The translations under genes were made by a program, and so were the position numbers. The notes beneath the pieces are model-generated. The model was not told the DNA's origin and made no database searches. It saw nothing but the letters and a program-made list of their open reading frames with translations. This document shows positions 30,096 to 39,933 of a stretch of 64,000 nt of DNA, piece by piece. Position 1 is the stretch's first letter. Every line of letters begins with the position of its first letter. Source of the stretch: an uncultured Clostridia bacterium (lineage in GTDB: Bacteria; Bacillota; Clostridia; TANB77; CAG-508); assembly GCA_944387495.1 (NCBI GenBank), contig CALXFD010000005.1, positions 1,803 to 65,802 on the forward strand, read 5' to 3'.

Positions 30096-30986
30096 TTATA
30101 ATTCTAATATTTTTTGTGGGTCAACTGTTCTTTCTGAAATTCTTATTTCAAAATGTAAATGTGGACCTGTTGAATTTCCTGTTGAACCAACTTCTGCTAT
30201 TTCCTGCCCTTGAACTACTTTGTCTCCTTGTTTTACATACAAATTATTACAATGTGCATAAATTATACTTACTTCCCCTATTTGGATTTTTAAATGTTTC
30301 CCATAATCACCTTCTTCTGATGCTAGTACAACTTCTCCGTCTGTTGATGATTTTATTTTTGTACCTAAATTTGCTGCTATATCTGTACCTGTATGATTTT
30401 TGGGTACACTTCCAGTAGCTTCTTCTCTTCTTCCAAAACTTGAACTTATCGTTCCTTCAATTGGTTTTATAAAACTTGTTGTATTTTTTATATTATTAAT
30501 ATCTTGTTCTTCTTGGCTTAATTTTTGATTTTGTGTTGTTTCATTTTGTTCATTATTATTTTCAGTTGTTTCTATTGCACCTCCTATTGCTTCATTTAAA
30601 TTTGTTTCTTCTTGCTTTTGTTCTTCTTGCTTTTCTTCCTGTTCTTTATTTTGACTATTAAATAAATTTATAATTCCATTTTTTATATTTTCATATAGTT
30701 CCATAAAGTTTGTATCATGTGATAATATCTCATTTGCTTTTTTTAATACATCATTTGAAAAAATATATTCATTATTTTTTATAAGATAAAATGTCGTATA
30801 TATTAAAGAACAGATTAAAAGCTGTACTAGTATTTTTTTTAATAATTTTATATCTTTTCTTTTATCGTTACTTTTTAAGTTATCTTTCATTTTTATTGGC
30901 ATCTCGCCATTTTCGGCTCTTTTTCTTCTTTCATATATTTCCTCAGCTCGTCTAATTTTTTCTTCTACTGTTAATGCTCTTTCCAT
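30096..30986 (-). CDS. M23 (LytM-type) metallopeptidase in the SpoIVFA position
   Basis: HTGTDIAA (HxxxD) and GPHLHFEI (HxH) motifs are intact; N-terminal TM helix and an E/Q-rich linker. ATG at 30986 after GAGGAAGAGGTG. Confidence 0.8.
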   Translation of the reverse strand: MERALTVEEKIRRAEEIYERRKRAENGEMPIKMKDNLKSNDKRKDIKLLKKILVQLLICSLIYTTFYLIKNNEYIFSNDVLKKANEILSHDTNFMELYENIKNGIINLFNSQNKEQEEKQEEQKQEETNLNEAIGGAIETTENNNEQNETTQNQKLSQEEQDINNIKNTTSFIKPIEGTISSSFGRREEATGSVPKNHTGTDIAANLGTKIKSSTDGEVVLASEEGDYGKHLKIQIGEVSIIYAHCNNLYVKQGDKVVQGQEIAEVGSTGNSTGPHLHFEIRISERTVDPQKILEL

Positions 30987-31049
30987 AAAAAATAACACCT
31001 CTTCCTCAGTTTCTTTCTAAACTATATGTTGGGAAAAGGTGTTTTATGA

Positions 31050-31385
31050 CTATTTAATTATTAGTAACAATATTTGCAAAATTATTATTATGCTTGATAT
31101 AAATGAATATGTTTTTAATCTTTTATAACTTTTTTTGTTTTTTAAATTTACTATTACTTTTTTATCTTGATTTTGTATTTTATTTACATATTCTTCTACC
31201 AGCATTTCTGCTTCTTTTACAATATACTCATCTTTCTTATTTATTTGTTGCTTTGTTCGAGCATTCTCTATTTTTTGTAATTTTCGTGCTTGATTCCTTG
31301 ATTTTAATACTACATAAGCTTCTTGAATCAAGTTTGATGGTAAATTTCTTAATATTACCATATTTTTATTATTAATTGTTTCCAT
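31050..31385 (-). CDS. Hypothetical tail-anchored membrane protein (111 aa)
   Basis: ORF with a C-terminal TM helix (FISSIIIILQILLLII); no recognisable family. Confidence 0.5.
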   Translation of the reverse strand: METINNKNMVILRNLPSNLIQEAYVVLKSRNQARKLQKIENARTKQQINKKDEYIVKEAEMLVEEYVNKIQNQDKKVIVNLKNKKSYKRLKTYSFISSIIIILQILLLIIK

Positions 31386-31482
31386 ATTTTTCCTCCTAAG
31401 TATTTTCTTATATTATTTACACTTTTAAGGAATTTATACATCTATTCAAGAAACAATTAAATTTTTATGTATTATATATTTC

Positions 31483-32838
31483 TTAATTTTTTAAACTTTG
31501 CATTGGTGCTGGAATTTGTCCGCCTCTATTAATAAATTTAGCTGATGAATATTTACTAATATTCATTATTGGACCATGACCTAGTAAACCGCCAAAATCT
31601 AATTCTTCCCCTTCTTTTTTTCCTATTGCAGGTATTACTCTAACAGCTGTTGTTTTAGAATTTACCATACCTATTGCAGCTTCATCTGCTATTATTGCAG
31701 AAATTGTTTCTGCTGGTGTATCTCCTGGTATAACTATCATATCTAATCCTACACTACAAACTGCTGTCATTGCTTCTAATTTTTCTATTGTTAATGCTCT
31801 TGTTCTTGCTGAATCTATCATTCCTGCATCTTCTGTAACAGGTATAAATGCTCCTGAAAGGCCTCCTACTTTTGATGAAGCCATAACTCCACCTTTTTTC
31901 ACAGCATCATTTAATAAAGCAAGTGTTGCTGTTGTTCCATGAGTTCCACATTTTTCAAGTCCCATTTCTTCTAATATATGTGCAACAGAATCTCCTACTG
32001 CTGGTGTAGGTGCTAATGATAAATCAACTATACCAAAAGGTACTCCCAAACGTCTTGATGCTTCTGTTCCCACTAGTTGTCCCATCCTTGTTATTTTAAA
32101 TGCTGTCTTTTTTATAATATCTGCAATTTCAGTAATATCAGCATTTTGGGCTTTTTCTAATGCTGATTTAACCACTCCTGGTCCAGATACTCCTACATTT
32201 ATTACGCATTCAGGCTCTCCTACTCCATGAAAAGCCCCTGCCATAAATGGGTTATCTTCTGGTGCATTACAAAATACCACCAATTTCGCTGCTCCTATAC
32301 AATTTCTATCTGCTGTATATTCACTTGTTTTCTTTATTATTTGTCCCATTAATTTGCAAGCATTTAAATTAATTCCGGCTTTTGTAGAACCTATATTTAT
32401 AGATGAACATACTCTCTCAGTTTTGCTTAATGCCTCTGGTATAGATTCTATTAATTTCTTGTCTCCACTACTAAAACCTTTTTGTACTAATGCAGAATAT
32501 CCTCCTATAAAATTTACATTACATGCTATTGCAGCTTTTTCAAGAGCTAATGCAAATTTTACCGGATTTGCATTTGTTGCAGCAGATATTATTGAAATAG
32601 GTGTTACAGATATTCTTTTATTTATGATAGGTATTCCATATTCTCTTTCTATATCTTCTCCTACTTTTACAAGATTGCTTGCATATTTTACAATTTTATT
32701 ATATACATTATCACATGCTTTATCAATGTCACTATCAATACAATCTAATAATGAAATTCCCATTGTTATTGTTCTAATATCTAAATTTTCTTCTTGAATC
32801 ATTTTTATAGTTTCTAATATATCAGTAGTTTTTAGCAT
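31483..32838 (-). CDS. UPF0210 (DUF711) family protein
   Basis: [33 protein letters not shown] is typical of UPF0210. ATG at 32838 after GAAGGAGGT. Paired with the ACT protein upstream, as is usual for this family. Confidence 0.85.
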   Translation of the reverse strand: MLKTTDILETIKMIQEENLDIRTITMGISLLDCIDSDIDKACDNVYNKIVKYASNLVKVGEDIEREYGIPIINKRISVTPISIISAATNANPVKFALALEKAAIACNVNFIGGYSALVQKGFSSGDKKLIESIPEALSKTERVCSSINIGSTKAGINLNACKLMGQIIKKTSEYTADRNCIGAAKLVVFCNAPEDNPFMAGAFHGVGEPECVINVGVSGPGVVKSALEKAQNADITEIADIIKKTAFKITRMGQLVGTEASRRLGVPFGIVDLSLAPTPAVGDSVAHILEEMGLEKCGTHGTTATLALLNDAVKKGGVMASSKVGGLSGAFIPVTEDAGMIDSARTRALTIEKLEAMTAVCSVGLDMIVIPGDTPAETISAIIADEAAIGMVNSKTTAVRVIPAIGKKEGEELDFGGLLGHGPIMNISKYSSAKFINRGGQIPAPMQSLKN

Positions 32839-32854
32839 AGTAAGTGACCTCCTT

Positions 32855-33124
32855 CTATATTCGGTGCATAGAGTTAAAAATGTCTTCATGCATTAAATGT
32901 ACTTGAAGTTCATTTTCTTTCCCTACTTCTTCTAACTGATTTTTTAATGATGTAAATCCGTCTGATAAATGCTCTATATCTATTAGCATCACCATTGTGA
33001 AAACTTCTTGTAAAAGTGTTTGATTAATGTCTAATATATTTGCATTATTTTTTGCACATACTGTGCTTATGTTGGCTACTATACTAACTTTGTCTTTTCC
33101 TATAACTGTAATAATTGCTCTCAT
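32855..33124 (-). CDS. ACT-domain protein (UPF0237 family)
   Basis: [36 protein letters not shown]; 89 aa. Confidence 0.85.
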   Translation of the reverse strand: MRAIITVIGKDKVSIVANISTVCAKNNANILDINQTLLQEVFTMVMLIDIEHLSDGFTSLKNQLEEVGKENELQVHLMHEDIFNSMHRI

Positions 33125-33387
33125 ATTTTTCCTCCTTTTTGGTTTTATTATAAAAATTTTGAATAAAATTAATAAGAATGTATTATTTAGCAGTGTTTAT
33201 TCTCATTTCCTATGTTAATTAGTATAGTCTATTTTTACTTATTTGTCTAGCAAACAAAACAAATTTTTACAAAAAAATCCAATAATTACTGATTAAATTT
33301 TTCGATATAATCAATAAGTTTTGGATTTTACTTTTTTTAAAACTATTATTTAAATTTTATATATTCTATTGTAATACTTTCTCAAAT

Positions 33388-34206
33388 CTATGCTGATTTT
33401 AATTCTAATCTTAGTTTATCAGCTATCATTGCTATAAACTCGGAATTTGTAGGCTTTCCTTTACTTGCAGAGATTGTATATCCAAAGATGTTTTCTACTG
33501 CTTCTTGTTGACCTCTTCCCCATGCTACTTCTATTGCATGACGAATTGCTCTTTCTACTCTTGATGGTGTTGTGTTAAATTTTATGGCTATTTGTGGGTA
33601 TAAACTTTTTGTAATTTGATTTATGACATCAATATCATTTACAACCATCATTATTGCTTCTCTTAGATATTGATATCCTTTTATATGTGCAGGTACTCCT
33701 ACTTCATGAATTATATTTGTTACTAATGCCTCTAAATTTTCTTGGCTTTTTTCATTATTTGCTGGCAATTCTATATATTGAGATTTTATTTCTTTTGTAA
33801 TAAAGTTTGTATTTGGTACAGTATTTTTATAGAATTTGAATTCTTTCATTCTTTTTATTAGCAATTCTATATCAAATGGTTTAACTATATAATATTGAGC
33901 TCCTAATTCTATTGCTTTTTTTGTTATTTTGTCTTGTCCAACAGCAGATAACATTATACATATTGGTCTTTTTTCTGTTTTTACTTTATTTATACTTTCT
34001 AATACTCCTAGACCATCTAAATGTGGCATTATAACATCAATTAATGCTACATCTGGATTTTTATCTATTATCTCATCTACCGCTTCATTTCCATCCTTTA
34101 CTCTTGATATTACTTCCATATCTTCTTGTGCATCTATATATGATGCCAATGTTTTGCTGAATTCTTGATTATCATCTGCAATCAAAACTGTAATTTTTTC
34201 TTTCAT
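33388..34206 (-). CDS. spo0A: Sporulation master regulator Spo0A
   Basis: Receiver domain ([16 protein letters not shown]) plus the Spo0A-specific C-terminal domain ([18 protein letters not shown]). Confidence 0.95.
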   Translation of the reverse strand: MKEKITVLIADDNQEFSKTLASYIDAQEDMEVISRVKDGNEAVDEIIDKNPDVALIDVIMPHLDGLGVLESINKVKTEKRPICIMLSAVGQDKITKKAIELGAQYYIVKPFDIELLIKRMKEFKFYKNTVPNTNFITKEIKSQYIELPANNEKSQENLEALVTNIIHEVGVPAHIKGYQYLREAIMMVVNDIDVINQITKSLYPQIAIKFNTTPSRVERAIRHAIEVAWGRGQQEAVENIFGYTISASKGKPTNSEFIAMIADKLRLELKSA

Positions 34207-34319
34207 TTTTTCCTCCCACTTTCTTCTGTAAATTTTTTACAGTTTCATTATATTCTTTTATTATATAAAAAGCAATAGTTTTTGGAATTTTTTTCCATTT
34301 TATTTATAAAACGACTATT

Positions 34320-34973
34320 TTAATATACTTTTGATATATATTTTTTATATAAATTTGAAATTTTTTCAATTTTTATATTTTTTTCTTCATAATCCTTTAT
34401 GAATTTAGGTTTTACTTTTTCTTCCATTTCAATTCTACATTTTATTTTTTCGCTATATTCTGTTTCTACAATATTTATTTGTTCGTTTTTACAATAATAC
34501 TTAAATTTTTCAAAATTGTTATATTCTATTTCAACTTCAAGCCCTATTCCTATTGTTTCTTCTATTTTTTTGCTTTTTTCAATTGCTTTCAATAAACTGT
34601 CTGAATATGCTCTAACTAATCCACCTGTTCCTAATAGTATTCCTCCAAAATATCTTGTTACTACTATTAAAACATTTGCTAAATTATTTGTCTTTAAAAT
34701 ATTTAGCATTGGTCCTCCTGCTGTTCCTGATGGTTCTCCATCATCACTTGCTCTTTCTATTATTTGTTCATCTTCTATAATTCTATATGCTATACAATTA
34801 TGTCTTGCATCATGATATTTTTTCTTTATTTCGCTTATTTTTTCTTCTGCTTCTTCTTTACTTTCTACTTTTATTAGGTTGGCGATAAATTTAGATTTTT
34901 TTTCAATTATTTCTGTTTCTACATTGTTTTCTATTGAATAAAATTGATTTATCATTTTTTGTAAATTCTCCAA
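34320..34973 (-). CDS. YigZ/IMPACT family protein (UPF0029)
   Basis: HNCIAYRI and DDGEPSGTAGGPML motifs. Confidence 0.8.
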   Translation of the reverse strand: MENLQKMINQFYSIENNVETEIIEKKSKFIANLIKVESKEEAEEKISEIKKKYHDARHNCIAYRIIEDEQIIERASDDGEPSGTAGGPMLNILKTNNLANVLIVVTRYFGGILLGTGGLVRAYSDSLLKAIEKSKKIEETIGIGLEVEIEYNNFEKFKYYCKNEQINIVETEYSEKIKCRIEMEEKVKPKFIKDYEEKNIKIEKISNLYKKYISKVY

Positions 34974-35065
34974 TCTATTTTTATATTTGGTATCTAATTT
35001 TTATATTTTAATAAATTACTTTATTAAAATGTTTTTATTGTTTTAACTTCTTATTTTCTACTTCT

Positions 35066-36319
35066 TTATTCCTCTAAATTTCCAGCTACAAATCCAGTAG
35101 AATATGCTATTTGTAGATTAAATCCACCTGTATAACCATCTACATCAATTATTTCTCCTGCAAAATATAATCCTGATATTATTTTTGATTGCATTGTTTT
35201 TGGATTTATTTCTTTTATGTTTATTCCACCACTTGTTATTATTGCCTCATCTATTGGTCTAAAATTTTGTATTTTTAATTCAAAATTTTTTAATAATTTT
35301 ACTATTTTTAATCTTTCTTCTTTTGTTATTTCATTTACTTTTTTATTATATTTAATTCCACTTTTTTCTAATATTACAGGTATTAATTTTTGTGGTAATA
35401 ATTTATTTAGACTATTTTTATATTCTTTATTTTTTTCTTCACTAAAATCTCTTAGTATTCTTTCATTTAGCTTTTCTTCTGTTAAAGCTGGTTTTAAGTC
35501 TATTATTAATTTTATTTTTTGCTCTTTTAATAAATTTTCAATTTCTTTATATCGTACTAAATGTGCTGATGAACTTAGGATTATTGGACCAGATACTCCA
35601 AAATGTGTAAATAGCATTTCTCCAAAATCTTCATATATATTTTTATTTTTAGATTCATCTTCTAGCCTTATTTTTACATTTTTCAAACTTAATCCTTGTA
35701 ACTGTTTACAAATATTTTTTTCATATATTTCTAATGGTACTAATGATGGTTTTATTTTTGTTACTGTATGTCCTAATTTTTTTGCTAATATATATCCATC
35801 CCCTGTTGAACCCGTTAATGGATAGCTTTTTCCTCCTGTTGCTAATATTACCTTATCAGCTTTTATTACTCCATTTTGTGTTTTCACCCCTTGTATTTCA
35901 TTGTTTTGGTTTATTATAATTTCTTGGACATTTTCATTATATTTTACATTTATTCCTAATTCTTTAATTTTTTTAGTAAAACATTTTAATACATCAAGTG
36001 ATTTATCTGTTACTGGGAACACTCTATTTCCTCTTTCTTCTTTTACATTAAGACCTTCTTTTTTTAGGAAATTTATTATATCATCATTTGTATATCTCTT
36101 AAATGCACTATATAAAAATTTGCCATTTCCAGGAATGTTTTTTATAAATTCATCAATATTTAATGATGATGTTATATTACATCTTCCTTTTCCTGTTATT
36201 AGCAATTTTTTACCTAGTTGATTATTTTTTTCTAAAATTATAACATCATGACCCTTTTCTTTTGCTGTTATTGCTGATAGCATTCCTGCTGGTCCTCCAC
36301 CTATAATGGCTACTTTCAT
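35066..36319 (-). CDS. NAD(P)/FAD-dependent oxidoreductase, HI0933/BaiN family
   Basis: MKVAIIGGGPAGM dinucleotide fold and GKGRCNITS. The true start is the ATG at 36319 (SD AAAGGATGA). The 50-aa N-terminal extension in the ORF track is read-through of the repeat array. Confidence 0.85.
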   Translation of the reverse strand: MKVAIIGGGPAGMLSAITAKEKGHDVIILEKNNQLGKKLLITGKGRCNITSSLNIDEFIKNIPGNGKFLYSAFKRYTNDDIINFLKKEGLNVKEERGNRVFPVTDKSLDVLKCFTKKIKELGINVKYNENVQEIIINQNNEIQGVKTQNGVIKADKVILATGGKSYPLTGSTGDGYILAKKLGHTVTKIKPSLVPLEIYEKNICKQLQGLSLKNVKIRLEDESKNKNIYEDFGEMLFTHFGVSGPIILSSSAHLVRYKEIENLLKEQKIKLIIDLKPALTEEKLNERILRDFSEEKNKEYKNSLNKLLPQKLIPVILEKSGIKYNKKVNEITKEERLKIVKLLKNFELKIQNFRPIDEAIITSGGINIKEINPKTMQSKIISGLYFAGEIIDVDGYTGGFNLQIAYSTGFVAGNLEE

Positions 36320-36337
36320 TTTTATATCATCCTTTCT

Positions 36338-36501
36338 GACCAATTGGGGACGTTTCTTTTTGGACATTTTTGACCATTTGGGGACGTTTCCTTTTGGACA
36401 TTTTTGACCAACTAGGGACGTTTCCTTTTGGACATTTTTGACCAAAAGGAAACGTCCCCAAATGGTCAAAAATGTCCAAAAAGAAACGTCCCCAATTGGT
36501 T
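36338..36501. repeat. Intergenic array of 34-bp units: three direct copies (36338-36371, 36372-36405, 36406-36439) followed by two inverted copies (36442-36467 truncated, 36468-36501)
   Basis: The unit is GACCA-NNN-GGGGACGTTTC(C/T)TTTTGGACATTTTT. Positions 36339-36397 are perfectly complementary to 36442-36500 (59 bp). Confidence 0.9.
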
Positions 36502-36502
36502 C

Positions 36503-37735
36503 TTAATTTTCCATACTTTCTATCGCTTTTATTACTCCATATTTTCCATATTCATATGTAAGCCCACCTTGCATATATGCTATATATGGCTCTCTCATTG
36601 GTCCATCACAACTTAGTTCTATTGTTGAACCTTCTGTAAATGTTCCTGCTGCCATTATTACTTCATCTTCATATCCTCCCATTGGACTTGGTTCTGGGAT
36701 TACACATGAATCGATTGGTGAGCCTTTTTGTATTCCTTGACAGAATTTTACTAATTTTTCACTATCTCCTAATTTTATTGTTTGTACAATATCTGCTCTA
36801 ATTTCGTCATATTTAGGTTCTACATCATATCCTAATTTTTCTAATATACAACTTGCAAATATTGCTGTTTTTACACTACTTGAAACAACTTGTGGAGCAA
36901 AAAATAGTCCTTTTAATAAATTTGTATTTTGATTTAGTGATGGTCCTATTTCTTTTCCTATACCAGGTGCTGTAAGTCTTTCTGCACATAATTTTATTAA
37001 TTTTTCTTTTCCTACTATATATGCTCCACTTGTAGCTATACCTGCTCCTAAATTTTTCATCAATGAACCAACTGCAATATCTGCTCCTACTTCTATTGGT
37101 TCTCTGTCTTGTACAAATTCTCCATAACAATTATCTACCATTATTATAACTTCTTTGTTAACTTCTCTTATCGCTTTTATTGCTTTTTCTATTTTCTCTA
37201 TTGTTAAACTTTTTCTTGTTGAATATCCTCTTGACCTTTGTATTTCTACTAGTTTTATGTCTTTTTTGGCTAATCTTTCTTTTATTTTTTCGATGTCAAA
37301 ATCATTATCTTTTAGTTCTATTTGCTCATAATTTATTCCAAATGCTTTTAATGAACTTTCGCTTTGTTCTTTTCCTACTCCTATAACTGTTTGTAAAGTA
37401 TCATATGGTGCTCCTGTTATGCTTAACATTATGTCATTTGGTCTTAATAATGCTGATAATGTTACTGCTAGTGCATGTGTACCTGATATAAATTGTGCAC
37501 GTACTAAACTATCTTCTGCTTTAAATATTTTTGCATATATTTCTTCTATTTTATTTCTTCCTGGCTCATCTATACCATATCCTGTTGATGAGGTTAAGTG
37601 CACTTCTTGTAAATTACATTCTTGAAATGCTTCTATTACCTTTATGCTATTTTTTTCGCATATTTCTTCTATTACTTTAAATTGTGGTTGTATTTTTTCT
37701 TCTACTTCTTTTATTAATTCTTTACTTATTTTCAT
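36503..37735 (-). CDS. YnbB-like PLP-dependent protein (Met_gamma_lyase / aluminium-resistance family)
   Basis: 410 aa. The N-terminal pattern ...SSTGYGIDEPGRNKIEEIYAKIFKAEDSLVR is typical of YnbB-type proteins. Confidence 0.75.
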   Translation of the reverse strand: MKISKELIKEVEEKIQPQFKVIEEICEKNSIKVIEAFQECNLQEVHLTSSTGYGIDEPGRNKIEEIYAKIFKAEDSLVRAQFISGTHALAVTLSALLRPNDIMLSITGAPYDTLQTVIGVGKEQSESSLKAFGINYEQIELKDNDFDIEKIKERLAKKDIKLVEIQRSRGYSTRKSLTIEKIEKAIKAIREVNKEVIIMVDNCYGEFVQDREPIEVGADIAVGSLMKNLGAGIATSGAYIVGKEKLIKLCAERLTAPGIGKEIGPSLNQNTNLLKGLFFAPQVVSSSVKTAIFASCILEKLGYDVEPKYDEIRADIVQTIKLGDSEKLVKFCQGIQKGSPIDSCVIPEPSPMGGYEDEVIMAAGTFTEGSTIELSCDGPMREPYIAYMQGGLTYEYGKYGVIKAIESMEN

Positions 37736-37805
37736 ATTTTTTGTTCCTCTTTTCGTTATAATCTTTATATATTTTACTATAAATTTCTATTTTTTTCAAT
37801 ATTGA

Positions 37806-37834
37806 TTGTATTTTATGTTAATTTTTGATATAAT
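37806..37834 (+). promoter_or_regulatory. Sigma-A-type promoter with extended -10 for the orphan gene
   Basis: TTGTAT (37806-37811), 17-bp spacer, TGaTATAAT (-10 at 37829-37834). Confidence 0.45.
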
Positions 37835-37879
37835 ATCATTGTAACTGTAAATTCAGATTCAATATTTAAGGAGGGCTTT

Positions 37880-38605
37880 ATGAAGCTAAAAGAATTTAAA
37901 GTTCAATTTGAGCGGTCTATTGGAGATTTCGCAGAGGTATTCAATTACCTAAATGTCTTAGAAGAATTGGGAATGTATGTTGACCTTAAGATTATCTACA
38001 AATCTTCTGGTTATCGTCTAAATGTGAATCTATATAATTCGCTCGAAGCTTTATTCCCTATTTTGTCTTTTAAAACAAGGATATTACCATTAGAAGATGA
38101 TATTTTGGATTTTATTCAAAATACCAATATGCTTAAAGCATATTTATCATTTTCACTTGATGGTGAAAATCTAAAAGTCAGTGTATATGATAAAGTTTCG
38201 ACAGACACGAGTGTTTCTTATGAACTCGATAATGTAGAAACCAAATTCAGTATACTTTCGTTTAATGTTCTTGTTCAAAAAGAATATAAAGATATGGTAG
38301 AATATCTTATTCCATTGCTCAATCGTTATTCAACGGATTGTTTGTTACGGCAGCGTTACGAAAATGTTATTGAAATCATTTTTGACAAAAACAATTGTCG
38401 TTTAAAAGTAATGTTACCTACAAATGATTCGAAGGTTGTACAGTATTTCATTTCAAAGTTTAATGCTTTACAATCTATAATAACTAATCCAAAAATTAAA
38501 TTTTCATCATTAGCACATAAAAAAACTGTTTTTTTGAAAATAGCAGTATTTGCTAATGATGAAACTGAGCAAAAGACTGCTCTTTCTACCATAAGATTTA
38601 TGTAA
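37880..38605 (+). CDS. Hypothetical protein (241 aa) with no recognisable family and atypical composition
   Basis: SD AAGGAGGG upstream of the ATG. Its codons (CGG, CGT, TCG, GAC, CTC) are rare in neighbouring genes. Possible four-fold internal repeat ending in (L/R)(K/N)V-x-(L/V) strands. Confidence 0.7.
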   Translation: MKLKEFKVQFERSIGDFAEVFNYLNVLEELGMYVDLKIIYKSSGYRLNVNLYNSLEALFPILSFKTRILPLEDDILDFIQNTNMLKAYLSFSLDGENLKVSVYDKVSTDTSVSYELDNVETKFSILSFNVLVQKEYKDMVEYLIPLLNRYSTDCLLRQRYENVIEIIFDKNNCRLKVMLPTNDSKVVQYFISKFNALQSIITNPKIKFSSLAHKKTVFLKIAVFANDETEQKTALSTIRFM

Positions 38606-38629
38606 CAACATTTATCTTATGGTAAAGTC

Positions 38630-38661
38630 AAAAAAAAATCCCAGAACTCTGGGATTTTTTT
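38630..38661. terminator. Bidirectional terminator between the orphan gene and rpsR
   Basis: AAAAAAATCCCAG / CTGGGATTTTTTT stem with an AACT loop. Confidence 0.75.
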
Positions 38662-38671
38662 ATTAAATATT

Positions 38672-38950
38672 TTATTTTTGTGCATATGGTAATAATGCAA
38701 TATGTCTAGCTCTTTTTATAGCTAATGTTATATCTCTTTGATGTTTACTACATGCTCCTGTTGTTCTTCTTGGTAAGATTTTTCCTTTATCACTGATAAA
38801 TTTTCTTAATTGTTCTGGATTTTTGTAATCTAAAACAAAGTTTTTATCACTACATAATAAACATACTTTTTTTCTTTGTTTTCTGAATCTTGGATTATAA
38901 TCCTCATCATAGTTTTTGTTATTTCTTTTATTTTGTTTTTTATCTGCCAT
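38672..38950 (-). CDS. rpsR: 30S ribosomal protein S18
   Basis: C-terminal ...[31 protein letters not shown]. Confidence 0.95.
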   Translation of the reverse strand: MADKKQNKRNNKNYDEDYNPRFRKQRKKVCLLCSDKNFVLDYKNPEQLRKFISDKGKILPRRTTGACSKHQRDITLAIKRARHIALLPYAQK

Positions 38951-38970
38951 TTTCCTTTTCCCCCCTTGAA

Positions 38971-39402
38971 TTAGAATGGTAGGTCATCACTTGAAGACAT
39001 TTCAAAATCTGCACCCATGCTTCCTGGTGCTGTATTTCCAAAAGTATTTTCAAAAGAACTTGCACCTGTTGCATCAGCTTCTCTTTTACTATCAGCAAAA
39101 TATGCTTCTTCTGCAATTACTTCTGTTACATAATGTTTTTGTCCTTGGTCATCATCCCAAGTTCTTGTTTGAATTCTTCCAATAATTCCTACTTGTTGAC
39201 CTTTCTTAAAGTATTTGCTACAAAATTCTCCTAATTTGCTCCATGCAACTATGTTTATAAAGTCTGCTTGTCTTTCTTCTCCTTGTCTAACAAATCTTCT
39301 ATTAACTGCTAAACTAAATGAAGAAACTAATGTATTACTTGTTTGTGTATATCTTGTTTCTGGGTCTCTTGTTAATCTTCCCATTAATATTACTTTGTTC
39401 AT
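38971..39402 (-). CDS. ssb: Single-stranded DNA-binding protein
   Basis: [17 protein letters not shown]-fold N-terminus and an acidic C-terminal tip DDLPF. Confidence 0.95.
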   Translation of the reverse strand: MNKVILMGRLTRDPETRYTQTSNTLVSSFSLAVNRRFVRQGEERQADFINIVAWSKLGEFCSKYFKKGQQVGIIGRIQTRTWDDDQGQKHYVTEVIAEEAYFADSKREADATGASSFENTFGNTAPGSMGADFEMSSSDDLPF

Positions 39403-39467
39403 ATGTTATCACCTTTCTTTACTTTAAATAAAGGCCCCTATCTTTATTTAATAATTTTTGTTTCAAA

Positions 39468-39752
39468 TTAGTCTTCTTTTCTTACAACGATAAATTTGAT
39501 TATATCATCTGTAATTCTGTAAACTCTTTCAAGTTCTGCTATTGAAGCTGGTTCTGCTTCAAAATTGAATAACATGTATGTAGCTTCTGTGAATTTTTTT
39601 ATTTCATAAGCTAATTTTTTCTTTCCCATGTTTTCAACTGATTCAACTTTACCATGTTCATTTATTAATCCTGTAAATTTATCTTCTAATGCTTTTAATC
39701 CTGCTTCATCTACATTTGGATTAACAATGATAATGCTTTCATATTTGTTCAT
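39468..39752 (-). CDS. rpsF: 30S ribosomal protein S6
   Basis: MNKYESIIIVNPNVDE...; first gene of the rpsF-ssb-rpsR operon. Confidence 0.95.
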   Translation of the reverse strand: MNKYESIIIVNPNVDEAGLKALEDKFTGLINEHGKVESVENMGKKKLAYEIKKFTEATYMLFNFEAEPASIAELERVYRITDDIIKFIVVRKED

Positions 39753-39838
39753 TGTCTTTCACCTCCCTATGGATTTATAACCTGCTTTTTCAAACAAGTA
39801 GAGATTAAAAATAGTTATACTATTTTTAAAGCATAACT

Positions 39839-39867
39839 ATTTTACCACATTTTCCTATATTTTGCAA
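39839..39867 (-). promoter_or_regulatory. Sigma-A-type promoter of the rpsF-ssb-rpsR operon
   Basis: On the minus strand: TTGCAA (39862-39867), 17-bp spacer, TGgTAAAAT (-10 at 39839-39844). An 85-nt or so leader follows. Confidence 0.5.
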
Positions 39868-39933
39868 TAGCTCTTTTTTATTTTTTTAGGATACAAAAAA
39901 CTGAGATAATCTTTCTTTATCTCAGTTTATAAA

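Noticed and set aside
36338-36501. The 34-bp repeat array as a small CRISPR array.
   Set aside because: The repeats are contiguous with no spacers. Two of the five copies are inverted, there is no leader-like arrangement, and no cas genes are in the window.
19375-36501. Shared short motifs (TGACCAA, GAAACGT) between the two palindromic elements, as evidence that they belong to one family.
   Set aside because: At this base composition, 7-mers like these are expected by rough estimate to occur several times by chance in 64 kb on both strands. There is no extended similarity between the elements.
36320-36616. The N-terminal 50-aa extension of ORF 35066..36469 and the plus-strand ORF 36428..36616.
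   Set aside because: Both are read-through of the stop-poor repeat array. The flavoprotein has a proper SD and an ATG at 36319 followed by the conserved GGGPAG fold.
36876-37130. The nested or overlapping ORFs 36876..37130 (-), 55653..55889 (-), 50177..50497 (-), 16729..16989 (-) and 38356..38592 (-).
   Set aside because: Each lies out of frame or antisense inside a well-supported gene (ynbB-like, pilin-FGE, agrA-like, murE, the orphan gene). They have no SD and a compositionally biased translation.
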